From the NCBI GenBank assembly GCA_026026165.1, contig JAPEUD010000100.1, positions 1-64,000 on the forward strand: a stretch of DNA of 64,000 nt, written 5' to 3'. Position numbers and translations under genes: made by a program. Positions 13,621 through 25,647 of this stretch are shown in pieces; the first letter of the stretch is position 1, and each line of letters opens with the position of its first letter. This DNA is from Sarea resinae. Taxonomy: Eukaryota. Under the pieces are notes generated by a model, which was not told the DNA's origin, searched no databases, and was given only the letters and a program-made list of their open reading frames with translations.

Positions 13621-14696
13621 TTACTCGCTCTCCGACTGGAGAAGACAAAATCATCAGGACCGGCTTTTCGCAAATAATAGTTTCGCCCCCCCCCTCCCCG
13701 CATGGGCATATTTGTAGTTGATGAAATTTGGGTTATCTCATACCTGCGGACGGTCGGGAGACACGGTTCCCTTGACCTTGGCGGTTTCGGGCACGCCCTC
13801 ACCCTTTTTGCTCTTGTTCGGGTCGTTGGTGATGTCGGTCGAGTGCTTGGTGTCGGTGGTGGTGAGGCCGGCTTGCTTGCCGGACATTTCACCCTTGACT
13901 ACGGGCTTCGAAGTGGCGGGCTGTCACGTCGCAGGCATTAGTGAGATCAGACTCGCTCCGAAAGTCATCTTACCTTGTCTTCCGAAGAGCGACCCTCGGG
14001 TTCTTGAGTCGGTTCATCAGCTCCCTGAGACTTGGCGAGGCTGCTGTTGATTCGCTTCTTGCCAACGCCCTTGGCATCGTCGAGGTGTTCCTTCGTGCCG
14101 CTCTTGTCGTCAGAGCTATCGTCGTCAGAGGTATCGGGAGTGTCTTGGCCCTCGCCCTCACTCTCGCTCTCGGAAGACTCTGGCTCTGGTGCTGATTCTG
14201 GCTCGGGCTCGGGCTCGGGCTCCGACTGCACCTCCTCAGACCCCTCCGACTCCTCAGACGGTTCTTCGTGACCGTGACCATGACCCTGTGGCTTAACCAC
14301 CTTGGCGGGCGCAATGCCGTGCGACTCGCCGCTGGAGATGAGATAGAAGACCGAAGGGAGGGTGACGACGGCAGCACCAACGGCCCTGAACGGACATGTG
14401 TCAGCTTGGGAGGGCATGAGACAGGTGGTGGAAAAGTGGAAAAAAAGTCGAGCTTTCAACGATGGCGTCATCGCACCATTGCTCTCTCACTCGACCTCGG
14501 CACGACTTTCGATTGCAATGAGATTTACTTACCATGGGAGATCGCTGGAGGCTTGCTTGGTGTGGTGTCCGCCTTCTGTGGCATAGCTTCTCCGGCCAAT
14601 CTGGCGGGTGAATTGCGAGAAGGTGGGCGTGCGCGGTGCCCGGACGGATTGGGCGCGTAGGACGGACCGGAAAGCGGCAACTCGTGGGAGAACCAT
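13621..14696 (-). CDS. Hypothetical protein with predicted mitochondrial presequence, one TM helix and an acidic/charged tail
   Basis: Manual model with exons 14696-14533, 14385-13974, 13920-13744 and 13635-13621: MVLPRVAAFRSVLRAQ...RRSYATEGGHH...SDLPW|AVGAAVVTLPSVFYLIS, then Glu/Ser-rich segment, then SGKQAGLTTTDTKHSTDI...KSKKGEGVPETAKVKGTV. Confidence 0.75.
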
Positions 14697-15158
14697 GGCG
14701 ATGGTGGGTCAATGGAGGTCAATTAAAGGAAGAAGGGGAGAATTGGGATCCGGGATGAGAATTGAAGAGGCGGAGTGGAGTGGAGAGAGGAATTGATAGT
14801 TGGACGTGAGGATCGTGTCAGGAAGTGGGAGTTGAAGACGGGGATGGAGATGAAGATGATGGGGAAGGGAAGGGAATGGAACGATGGAGCTTTCGGATAT
14901 GAGGAAGAGGACGAGAAAGAGCTCCAGTGGTGGCCTTCGTCTGCCGTAGGCCCCGGCCTTAGGGTTGCCGATTTCCGTCGAGCTTGAATCATCATTACCG
15001 CATTCCTCTCAGCCAACGTCGACATGGGACTTGGATTTCGCGGTAGACGACCACGGTGACAGAGGTTCCTGGCCGACACAGACTGAGAGAGTAATTGGGA
15101 GCAATAGGACTGAGGGGGATGCAGATGCATTTCAGGTGGAGAGATCGACCCCGTCTCC

Positions 15159-15227
15159 AGGTAAGGTACCTTCAGGTAGGTAAGGTACCTTCAGGTAGGT
15201 AAGGTACCTTAAGGTAGGTAAGGTACC
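15159..15227. repeat. 19-bp tandem repeat (~3.6 copies) AGGTAAGGTACCTT(C/A)AGGT
   Basis: Read directly; each full unit contains the palindrome AAGGTACCTT. Confidence 0.9.
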
Positions 15228-15718
15228 CATCCAACTTGATTGCTGCTCTCACCGCGTACCTGTCTGCCCGTCTGTGCTGTGCTGTGTCCCCGATCTGTCT
15301 GTGCTGCCATTGCCCCACTGGCGAGATGCCCAAATGACAAATGACGATGGAGGTGATGATGGTTTGGAAGTGGGAGATCATCACATCACATCACAACACA
15401 GCACACACGTCCTTCATCACCACTTCTCTGATTTCCATTCAAATACCCCGTTGACATCTTGATCCCCGTGACACCAAGATTGTAGGGCAGATCCTGTTGG
15501 AGGAGGTCATGCTCTGGATGGTGCTCTCCCGTTCGATCCTCGTTTGATACTGGACCCCCGCGTAAGGCACCACCGTCTTCCCACTCCCTCAGCACCTCAC
15601 TCACTGTGGGCCACTTCTGATGGCATGGCATTGATCAGTCTCCAGTCTCCAGTCTCCACGCATACAAAGGCCTCCCTCTCTCTCGTGTGGATCAGGTCCA
15701 AGACCATCATCGTCGACC

Positions 15719-18700
15719 ATGGCGACCACCGTACCCCAGAACCCCACCTCTCAAACCGTCGCCGCTCTCCTGCCCCGACTGCACGATGCCGACTCCGATT
15801 TCAGATACATGTCCTTGAATGATCTCTACACCGTCTTGATGAATGGCCATCCCGGCTTTCTCATGAACGATTACAACACCTGCGCAAGAACGGTCGATGG
15901 CCTGCTGAGGACCTTGGATGATCAGAACGGCGAGGTCCAGAATCTGGCCATCAAATGGTGCGAGAGTCGTCCTTTCCTGGTGATGACCATCTAACCCCTC
16001 TCTTCGCCCATAGCTTGACGCCGCTTGTCCTGCGCGTCCCGAGCAGCATCCTCGCACCGCTCATCGAAAAGCTGTCCAACCTCACGACGCACAATGCAGT
16101 CGACAGTTCCATTCCGGCCACGGCCCTTCAAACCGTTGTCGCCAACCTGCCGAAGCCTGTGCCGGGCGCGAAACAAGGGAAACCGACTTTGGACGCCTAT
16201 GCTGCCATAAGCAAAGTCCTCATCCCTCGTCTGGTTGGATACGTCGTCCATGCACCCGGCAGCCGCCCCGATCTGCCCCCTGGCATGCTCGAGCATCACA
16301 CCGACAAAGGCGTCGACAGCAGTGCCATTGACATCTTGACCGAGGTCGCGCGAAGTTTTGGACCGATGCTTCATGAGTCCGAGGTTCGAGCGCTACAAAA
16401 AGTCGTCTTGCAAGTTCTCGAATCAGAACGATCGGGCTCGGTTGTGAAGAAGAAGGCCGTGGTCGCCATCTCTGTTCTGGCCGTCTACTTTTCGGACGAT
16501 CTTCTCAGTTCTTTCGTATCGCAACTCATCGAGAGCTTCCGAAATCCTCATCTGACGCCTGTCAAGCGCCGGCTGCTGATCAACATTGTTGGCTCCATGG
16601 CGAGGTCGATTCCTCATCGTTTCGGTCCGTATCTGAAGACTCTGGCGCCTTTCGTCCTGAGTGCTCTCAGCGAACAGGAGCTCGAGGACCAATTGGAGGA
16701 TCTTTCGGAAGATGAAGAACGGGATCCTCAGGTCGATGACGTCCGTGAAGCTGCTCTGGTGGCTTTGGATGGTCTTTTGGCTTCTTGTGCGAACGGAATG
16801 CGAGCCTACACTGAGGATTCTATCGATGCCGCTTTGAGGTTTTTGAAGTACGACCCCAATATTGCCAACGATGACGACGAAGATATGGACGGGGAGGATT
16901 TCGATGTGGCTGGCGAGCTCGGGGAGGACGACGATTTTGAGGAGGAGGGTGGCTTCAGTGATGACGACGATCTCAGCTGGAAGGTGCGTCGATGCGCAGC
17001 CAAAGTCCTTTACACCCTGATATCCACACGCGGAAGTGGAGACCTTCTCGACGATGGCACCTTGTATGAACGCGTCGCTCCTGTTTTGCTGGACAGATTC
17101 AAAGAGAGGGAAGAGAACGTGAGATTGGAAGTTTTGGCTACGATGGGATTGCTCGTGCGGAAGACGGGCGAAGGATCCTCTTTGTCGACTACCAGCGCTA
17201 TCGAGGAAGGTTATATGATGGGCCCACCGATAAGCCGAAAACGAAGGAGAGGAGGTAGTGATGCCAGCATGTTTGACACCCAATCCGCCATATCCATCTC
17301 TACTGGTATAACTACGCCTGCGATGCCCCCTGCTCCAGCCTCTGGTCCTCGAGCTTCTTTGACAGAACTCATTCCCACCTTTGTCCGTGCGGTTTCGAAG
17401 TTGCTCTCTGGCGGCTCTATACCAACAAAACAGGCCTCGATTACTCTCTTGAAAGACCTCATCAGCGTACAGCATGGTGGTCTATCGGACTATTTGGATC
17501 AATTGATGGCCCCTCTTGTCGAGGCGCTTAGAACTCCGAGCTCCTTGACCGGAGGGACGACCACTTCCGTGACCGGAGGCGCAGCTTCAACAGGGAGCAC
17601 TCTTCGGATTGAAGCTTTGTCTTTGGTTAAGGCGTTGGCTGAGACGCATACATCCAGCGTCCTGAAACCCTATCTCGGAAGCCTGGTTCCTCCCGTTGTC
17701 AGCTCCGTCGAAGACAAATTCTCTAAGGTATCAGCCGAGGCTCTAAACACTCTAGAGGCTTTGGTCAAGGTCCTCACACCCCCCCGATCCGCCGTCCTAG
17801 GACAAGAATATCAACCTCAACTGATGCAACTTTACGATATCATGCTTTTGCAAATCACTGCTAACGATGCCGATCTCGAAGTCCGTCAACGGGCAATACA
17901 TGCGTTGGGGGTACTATTAGCCCGCACCTCCGGACCGGAAGGCTCAAAACTTGTGTCTGCATCGAAACGATCCGCTGCGCTTGATGCACTCTATGAGCGA
18001 TTGAGGAATGAAACGACAAGGCTTGCTGCCGTTAGAGCTATTGATGCTGTAGCGGCAATGGCAACAGACGAGGCTGAATTTTCCTCTTCTTGGGTGCAAG
18101 GTGTATGCCTTGAATTGGGTTCCCAGCTTCGGAAAGCGGATCGATCGTTGAGAGGAGCTAGTCTGGCAGCGTTGAAGAACCTTGTCATGAGTCGGGCAGG
18201 TCAAACGAACCTCGATGATGGTACCGTCGAAGGACTGAACAGTGTTCTTCTGCCTCTTTTGACCACCAATGACCTCCATCTGCTTGGACCAGCCTTAGTT
18301 GTCCTTTCGAGTCTCACTCAAAGAAATGCGCGGCTTGTCGTGACGCCGGACATGAATTCTGCTTTGTGTTCCATCGTTCTCGCCCCGCTGAGTGGGGCCG
18401 TTCTCGATGCTTTTCTCGGCCTTGTCAAGACAATTGGTGAGCAGAAAGTTGGAAGACCACTCATGCAAGGGATACTGAAGGACGTCGGTGTCACTGGGGA
18501 TCCTGCTGTGGTTGGCAAAGCTGTGGGGACACTGTTGGTTTATGGCGGACCTTCCGTTGGTGTCAAAGTCGATGATTTTATCAACGAGCTCCAGACTGCT
18601 CAAGATGACCAACGAAAGTGTCTTGCTCTGGCCGTTTTGGGTGAAGCAGGATTACGTCTCGGGCCGTCCTCGCCGCTCACACCAGAACTGTTCATGGCGC

Positions 18701-19874
18701 ACTTCAAGTCCAAGTCCGATCAAGTACCTTTGGCTGCTGCTGTTGCTTTGGGACGTTCAAGTGCCGGCGATCTCGCAAGATACCTCCCCGTCTTGCTTCC
18801 TGCCATTTCAAATCGAGGCGATTATCAGTACTTACTCATCCACTCTATCAAAGAGATCTTACAGCAAGCCGGCGAGACGCATACGGATATATCACAGTAC
18901 TCTCAGCAAATATGGCAAATTCTACTGGAAACTGCCCATACAGACGACAACAAAGCCGTCAGTGCAGAGTGTATAGGAAGGTTGACCGTTTTCGACCCCA
19001 AGACATACCTTCCTGTGCTTCAGGTACGTTGTTTCCGATCTGTCCGATTTTATCTAATTTGGTTAGCAACATCTCAAAGACGAAAGTCCTGCGGTTCGCG
19101 GGATGGCCAGCCAAGCCATACGATATACATTTACGGATTCCGAAGAATCATACGACGAGGTCCTCAAGCCCAATCTCATCGGCATGTTGAATACTATGCT
19201 GAATGATACGGATCTGGAAAATCGCCGACTCGCTTTGACCTCTCTTAATTCGGCGGCTCGCAACAAGCCAAGTTTGATTCTACCTCATCTGGGTCAATTG
19301 CTCCCTTGTGTCATGAAGGAGACTGTCGTCAATCCAGAGCTTGTGCACGAAGTTCAGATGGGTCCTTTTAGGCACAAGGTTGATGATGGCCTTGAAGTTC
19401 GAAAGGTTTATTTGCCCTTGGTCAGATTGTAATGACTCCGCTAATTCTCTTCAGAGCGCCTACGAAACTCTTTATGCGCTTATGGAGACGGCTTTCTCCC
19501 GCATCAATATTGTCGACTTCTACGATCGCGTCATGGCCGGTCTCGACGACGAGCACGACATTCGCGTTCTGTGCAATCTGATGCTGGCTAAACTTGTCAC
19601 CCTTGATCGGGAAGAAACGCTGCGTCGCCTTGATGCCATCGCCGAACGTTTCCGCGTCATTCTTTCGTTCAAGCCCAAGGACAATGCCGTCAAGCAAGAA
19701 CTCGAAAAGGCCGCCGAGGCATCCCGTGGGGCTTTGAAGGTCACGCTCCAGCTGCAGAAGGCTTTTGATAGGGGCAATCCAAGTCACACATGGGTCACTT
19801 ATTCCGAGTGGGTGCGAAAGGATTTTGCTTCGCAGCTCAGGTCGATTGAGGAAGAAAGCAGAGAAAAGGTTTGA
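15719..19874 (+). CDS. CAND1: Cullin-associated NEDD8-dissociated protein 1 (HEAT repeats), single full-length gene
   Basis: DADSDFRYMSLNDL...DQNGEVQNLAIKC; DDDDLSWKVRRCAAK; RFKEREENVRLE; TIP120 motif [25 protein letters not shown]; introns 15958-16013, 19024-19067, 19406-19454. Confidence 0.95.
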
Positions 19875-20275
19875 TTTATGAATGATTGATACCTGTCGTT
19901 AGGATGCATCAGCGGTGAGCGATATTATTCCTGTACGTCTGTGGCCGTGGAATCCAAATAGTGTCAGCTGCATCCAAGAGATCAAATGAAAGTGAAAATA
20001 TTTCTTGTCAGCCGCATCAAGTCCGTGAGCGTTCCATGGAGTATATGGAATCACGAGGAGTCTAAATGGTTGGTTTGGCATAAAAGAGTGAATCTGTAGA
20101 CTACTTTGCTTAAGCTACCCTCCTCGCATCCCTTCTCTTTTCAAAAAGCTGGACAGATAATGATTGTTGCTGACAAATACCGAACTGAAATCCCCAACTC
20201 AAATCCCTCGACAACGCACTCAACCTGGCTCACATCGCTGGTAGTAGGGAGGAAGCCGATGACCGTGACGGGAAT

Positions 20276-20872
20276 CTAGTAGATGCTCGGGATATTCCTG
20301 GGCGAGATATCACTGGCGCAGCCGAGTTGGATGGCTTGGAGGTAGACAAGTCAGCGGAGGGGTCGACAGCTCTCTCTCTCTCTCTCTCTATTAAGAAAAA
20401 CTCTTACCAGGACTGCCAGCACTATAGAGGCAATTGTCGGCTCCGAAATAGGCATCATCCCAAGTGTCGGGGATACTCGTTTGGAGCTCGCAGTTGGCCG
20501 TCTCGGGCGAGGCGTTTCGGTTGACGCAGGCGAGAATGTCGACGCTGCCGTCGATGATCTGACCTTCGTCGCCTTGGCAGATCTTCAGCCCGTTCGCGAG
20601 GATGCAGCCCGAGTTGGCGTACTATGTGGACATGACCTTTGAGCTTAGTGACATTTATTCTCTAGCTCAGTTGCTCGGCTCGGTTGTCTTGGCTCTCTGC
20701 TTCCTCGTCCTCCACAACTCAAAGCAGAGCGCCGCATGAGACGCGCCATTGGCAGGGTTGATAGATGATTGATCTCGTGGCGGGAATGGGTGTTTTGACT
20801 TACCAGACGGGTTGCGCTGGCGGAACCAAGAAAGGCCAATGAGGCTACAAAAGCAGAGGTGATTTGAACCAT
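20276..20872 (-). CDS. Small secreted cysteine-rich protein (113 aa, 6 Cys)
   Basis: Exons 20872-20804, 20621-20408 and 20334-20276 join in frame; signal peptide MVQITSAFVASLAFLGSASA; donors GTAAGT and GTAAGA with branch sites. Confidence 0.8.
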
Positions 20873-22373
20873 GTTGACGATTGGATCTGATGTTGAGATG
20901 CTTGTCTGGTCGACGGATTGATTGATTGAGCGAGAAAAAGATATTCGGGGATGAATTTCAATGGATGTGGTTATGGGAGGAAGGGCTTGATGGAGAGAAG
21001 AAAATGTAGGAATTTGAGGCAGGAAAGCCGTTCTTTTATATTCATTTTTCTTCTGTGTTTTTCTCTGTTCTTCTCTTTGCCCTCTTCTCTTTCTCTCGCG
21101 TTGATCTGCATCCGTCATTCTCCTTGCAAACGCGCCTTCCGATGTTTGTATACTAACATCTCGTATTTGAGCATATTTCAGGTCCTATAGCTCGAGTCTG
21201 GGGCGAATGGAAGGTCGTGCGGAGAAAGATCGACAGGCTGGATCGATGAAAGGACCCCAAAGCGAGTGGGTGCGATTGATTGATCGGGTCGCCTGAAGCT
21301 CGTCCTCCTCTAGAGGCGCGCGACCAAGCTTGGCGGCTCAACACGCGGCTTCGTATTCTGGTGATAGTTGGGGGCCTTGTTTTCGCACGAGGCGAGGGCG
21401 CAGGATTTCGGTGGATGGCGGTCACAAACGTCTGTAATTGTTGTTTCTCTGTTCGAAAACGCTACTGGTAGTGGCTAGCTGTGACTTCGTAGGCGTGTCC
21501 TAGTAGGTGTATTGGATTGTCCATTGACTTCAGGTTGTCAGTGCCGTCTTTGATGTTGATGACGATCGCCCTTGATCCCGACCCCACAGTTAGGCGGACA
21601 CTCATCATGCAAGGAACGGATGCCTCCCAAGTGAGCGAGGCAGACAGGCCACTGATGCTGGTGCAGATGCTGATGACGATGATTCAATGAGGTAACAGAA
21701 CAGGCCACAGAGGTATGATCTTCGTCGGCCCCTCGTGAGCTCGTTGGTCGGTTTTACGAGAAGATACCTGAGGTCAGAAAGTAGGGGTACAAAGTCCGCG
21801 AGGCTGGCTGACGGGATGGGTCGCATTAGGGTAAGGCCGCCTGTAGGATTTTCCACTTCTCTTGCAGTTGCCACGACATGTTCTACAACCTCAGCATTGG
21901 GATCTGCCTTGTCAGAAGCACGAGCGGTTTTGAAGGCGAGGGAATGTGCAATGTGCAGTGTGAAACCTGGGGGCGGACCAACCTAGGGTTGGGGTCAGGG
22001 TTGTCTAGGAATATAGAGGCTTTCGTAGAGACTGTGACTGCTACTCGACACAAAACGACCGTGAAGCCTGAGGAGCTTAATTAGTGGGGAGTCATCATGA
22101 AGAAGAATTGGAGATATCGTGATGTGTTGTGTTGTATGAACCACACTTCGCGGGGTTCGGCAACCCATTGGGGAACTCGCGTCACACAGCGAGCTTCCAT
22201 TCCAAGGCCTCAACCCCCCTGGAACCCTAGAATGTGTTTCCCCACTCGAAACATACAGTATCCCTCCCAGAATCCCCAACATCGTTCATCATCGTCTCTC
22301 GGAATCCCAACTAGCATCTCAGCCGCGAAAGCATCACACATCCCAAACCGCCAGCAAACGAATCGCTCATATC

Positions 22374-22798
22374 ATGGCGGCAAACATGGCAGCAAATATC
22401 GGGGCAAACATGGCCCAGCTCGCGGTCCAAGGAACAAAGATGGTTGGGGAGACGGCTCTCAACATCGGTGGAGCGGCGTGGCAGCACGCGCAAGAACACC
22501 CTTACTTGGCGGCTGGAGGGGCGGCGGCAAATTCGGGTCTTCTTTTCACAGTCGGCCCTTCAAGTCTACTTTTGATTCCCTTGAGGATTGTGGGCTTTGG
22601 TGCCGGAGGGGTCGTTGGAGGTGAGTGGTTCAACGATTCAAAAAGCTTCTACGAGTCGACAAGTCTTTCGAGCCTTGACTGATCATCGATGGGGCGTTCA
22701 AAGGGTCTCTGGCGGCGTGGTGGCAGGCGACTCAGTATGGGGGATATATTCCGATCGGCAGCATCTTTTCTATTTTGCAACACTTTGCAACTGTCTGA
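22374..22798 (+). CDS. IFI6/IFI27 (ISG12)-like small hydrophobic protein (113 aa)
   Basis: Exon 22374-22620, intron GTGAGT...AAG 22621-22703, exon 22704-22798 give VGFGAGGVVGGSLAAWWQATQYGGYIPIGSIFSILQHFA, resembling the ISG12 motif. Confidence 0.72.
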
Positions 22799-23112
22799 GT
22801 AGTAATCGATGTCAGAGGACTCAAGGCATGCAGTCGGCATTGACGGGTTGAAGGCAACAAAGGGGAGGTTGACGGATAGCTACTAGGTCATGAATGCAAT
22901 ACCATCTCCACTCTTAGTTGACAGCCCAGGCCCTAGTAGGGGTCGAGAGTCGAAGTTGGGGGCGGCCCGGACCGCGGCAGAGCGCTTGGACCACCTCCCC
23001 TTCCTTTGAAGGTTAGCTGTGAGTCTATGACGCATTCGTTCCTGAGTTTCAACGAAGATCCGTGAACTTAACACAAAGAATATCTCCAGACCATATTATT
23101 CGCTTTCGAAAA

Positions 23113-24297
23113 ATGCCCCGCTCCGTACTTATCGCAGGTGCTGGTATCGCAGGTCCTACGCTTGCTTTCTGGCTTGCGCGCGCCGGCGTTACGACAACGA
23201 TTGTTGAACGCTCCGACCGATTGCGCACCGCTGGACAACAGATAGATGTCCGAGGGGCGGCCTTGGAGGTCATCAAGCGCATGGAATTGGAAGACGCTAT
23301 TCGCTCAAAGACCACGAAAGAGCAGGGGCTGGCTTTCGTCGATAAATATGGCAAGACACGCGCGGAATTTCCGGTTGATACTACAGGCGGACGGAGTTTC
23401 GTCTCTGACATCGAGATCCTGAGGGGGCAGCTGGCTGAGATTTTCTACAATGCGACAAGAAAATCTACGAGGTACATCTTTGGGGATTACGTTACGAAAA
23501 TCCTCGAAGATGAAGATGGAATCAGCGTCAAATTTGCCAAAGGAGCCGAGGAAAGGTTTGACCTGGTGGTTGCAGCTGATGGTATGAACTCAGGCACGAG
23601 GAGAAGGATATTCCAGACAGAGACCACGCTTCGCAGCCTGAACCAGTATACCGCCTATTTCACCATTCCAGCAGTCGAACGAGACGGGACTTGGGCGAAG
23701 TGGTACAACGCTCCCGGGGGAAGGTGCATACTACTGAGACCAGATATGGCTGGCTCAATAAGGGCTTACTTGTCTATTATGGGCGACGCCCCAAAAGGCT
23801 ACGAGAAACTCGACGTCTCCGAGCAGAAGGAAATGATGGAACGGTTATTTAAAGATGCAGGATGGGAAAGCTCGCGGGTGCTTGAAGGAATGCACGGGGC
23901 TAGCGATTTCTACCTGCAAGAGATTGCCCAGGTCAAGATGCATTCCTGGTCTCAAGGCCGGGTTGCATTGCTGGGTGATGCTGGCTACTGTCCTTCTCCA
24001 ATCTCTGGTATGGGCTCTAGTGTAGCTATTGTCGGGGCTTATGTCCTCGCTGGAGAACTGGCCCGCCATCAGGATCATCGAGTGGCGTTCGCCGCTTACG
24101 AATCGACAATGCGTCCGTATATCGACAAAGCACAGAATCTCCCACCTGGAGCCCCGGCACTCGCAAATCCTCAGTCAGCCTGGGGTATTTCTATCTTGTA
24201 CGGGCTATTGAGCTTCGCTTCCAAGACCGGGCTGGCAAAATGGTTTCAGGGGGGCCCATCGGCAGAGCAAATCAATTTTCCAACATACGATCTGTAG
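23113..24297 (+). CDS. FAD-dependent monooxygenase/oxidoreductase (FAD_binding_3), intronless
   Basis: GAGIAG dinucleotide-binding motif, DLVVAADG, RVALLGDAGYCPSPISGMG. Confidence 0.9.
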   Translation: MPRSVLIAGAGIAGPTLAFWLARAGVTTTIVERSDRLRTAGQQIDVRGAALEVIKRMELEDAIRSKTTKEQGLAFVDKYGKTRAEFPVDTTGGRSFVSDIEILRGQLAEIFYNATRKSTRYIFGDYVTKILEDEDGISVKFAKGAEERFDLVVAADGMNSGTRRRIFQTETTLRSLNQYTAYFTIPAVERDGTWAKWYNAPGGRCILLRPDMAGSIRAYLSIMGDAPKGYEKLDVSEQKEMMERLFKDAGWESSRVLEGMHGASDFYLQEIAQVKMHSWSQGRVALLGDAGYCPSPISGMGSSVAIVGAYVLAGELARHQDHRVAFAAYESTMRPYIDKAQNLPPGAPALANPQSAWGISILYGLLSFASKTGLAKWFQGGPSAEQINFPTYDL

Positions 24298-24456
24298 ATG
24301 GGTTATCTCATCTGAACGGAAATTGCAGCTCTAACAGAGGAGCGGAGTAGTATTGATAATATGACAGTGACTTCTCGATCTGGGAACCGTCCACTCTGGC
24401 AGCACAACCAATAGCTCATCCTCCAGGCCGCCATTACCAGATCTGAGCGAAGCTCC

Positions 24457-25647
24457 CTACTCAATCGCTGGCTGTTCTGGCGGCAAGTCTTTGTTGAGGC
24501 CTAAGCGCTCGAGGGTGCTGGGGAACTTTCCTGACGCCAGATCTTTGCCATCCACCACTTGCGTCTTGGGAGTCTTATCAACGAGCAGACGGATCAAATC
24601 GGGCCGGGTATAATGACCACCCTGTGGCATGGTCAGCTTCAGAAATCCACTTCAACAAGGCGTTGGATCTTTGTCTCCAGGAAAATCGGACTCACCAGAT
24701 CGGCTAGCGCTTTGGGCAAATGGGCCTCGTCAAGGTCGATGTCAACAAATACCAATCCTTCATAGTCTCGATCCGGGTCTGCTACAGCTCGTGATCCATC
24801 CGGCTTGTAGATGCGCGAAAACCCACAATGAAGCCCCTCGATTGAATCACTGCGGAGGCGCTCGGGAGTATTCAACTTGGCACCTTCGGCGCTCACGGTC
24901 TGGAATGGGGCGAGGACCCAAGTACCCGTTTCGATGGCGTAGCTTGGGGATACAATGTTGGCATTGGGATCGGCAACATTCGTCCACGGATCCGGATACT
25001 TGAGAGTGGTCTCTGGTGGATATACCGGCCAAGCGGCAACGTGGACCTGTTCGCCCAGGGCAGCCGCGTGTGCCTTCAGGAAGGGGTTGAGGTTTTCCCA
25101 GCAGTTGAGATGGCCAAGCTTTCCAATTTCCGTCTCGACCACCGACGTGAGAGATTCGCCCGATCCTTCACCAAAGACGAGCTTCTCGACGTGAGTGGGC
25201 TTGATCTTGCGCCGATGGTTGATGACGGCGCCGGTGGGCGAGATGATGAGCTGAGCCATGTAGAGGCTGGACACGTCGATCTCGCTGTAGCCAAGAGAGA
25301 CGTAGATGCCATTTTTTCGCGCCGCCGCTCGGATTCGAAGCATCTCTTCCGAGTCGGGCCGGAGACTGTTTTGCCTGTAGGCTTTGAGGAGTGGCAAGGT
25401 GTCTTGGTAGGTGACGCGCCATTGCCAGTAGGGATATCCCGGGATCCCTGGCTACAGGTCAGTCTGCACTGGAAGAACAGGAGAGAGGCCAGCACATACA
25501 GACTTCCGGGAAGGCGACGAACTTGCAGCCTGCCGCTCCGGCTTCATTGATAAAATCAATGGTTTTCTGGACTGAGCGAGCAAGGTCGAACCAGCCCGGT
25601 TCCGCCTGGACGAGGGCGGCTTTGTATTGTTTGACAGAAGCAGGCAT
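24457..25647 (-). CDS. Nitrilase, cyanide hydratase-like
   Basis: [15 protein letters not shown]; catalytic E (FPEVWIPGYPYW), K ([11 protein letters not shown]) and C ([12 protein letters not shown]); C-terminal [15 protein letters not shown]; introns 25499-25448 and 24695-24622. Confidence 0.88.

Noticed and set aside
15159..15227. CRISPR-like array of palindromic repeats
   Set aside because: Units are head-to-tail with no unique spacers, the context is eukaryotic, and there are no cas genes
16423..17475. 350-aa antisense ORF and similar shadow ORFs over GC-rich genes
   Set aside because: They lie opposite well-supported CDSs and show no protein motifs, as expected from codon bias
15719..19874. 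Split CandA-N/CandA-C arrangement as in Aspergillus nidulans
   Set aside because: N- and C-terminal parts lie in one continuous spliced frame
21450..22300. Short ORFs between the secreted protein and the IFI27-like gene (also 42886-43193)
   Set aside because: No recognisable motif or consistent splice chain; possible relics but unsupported
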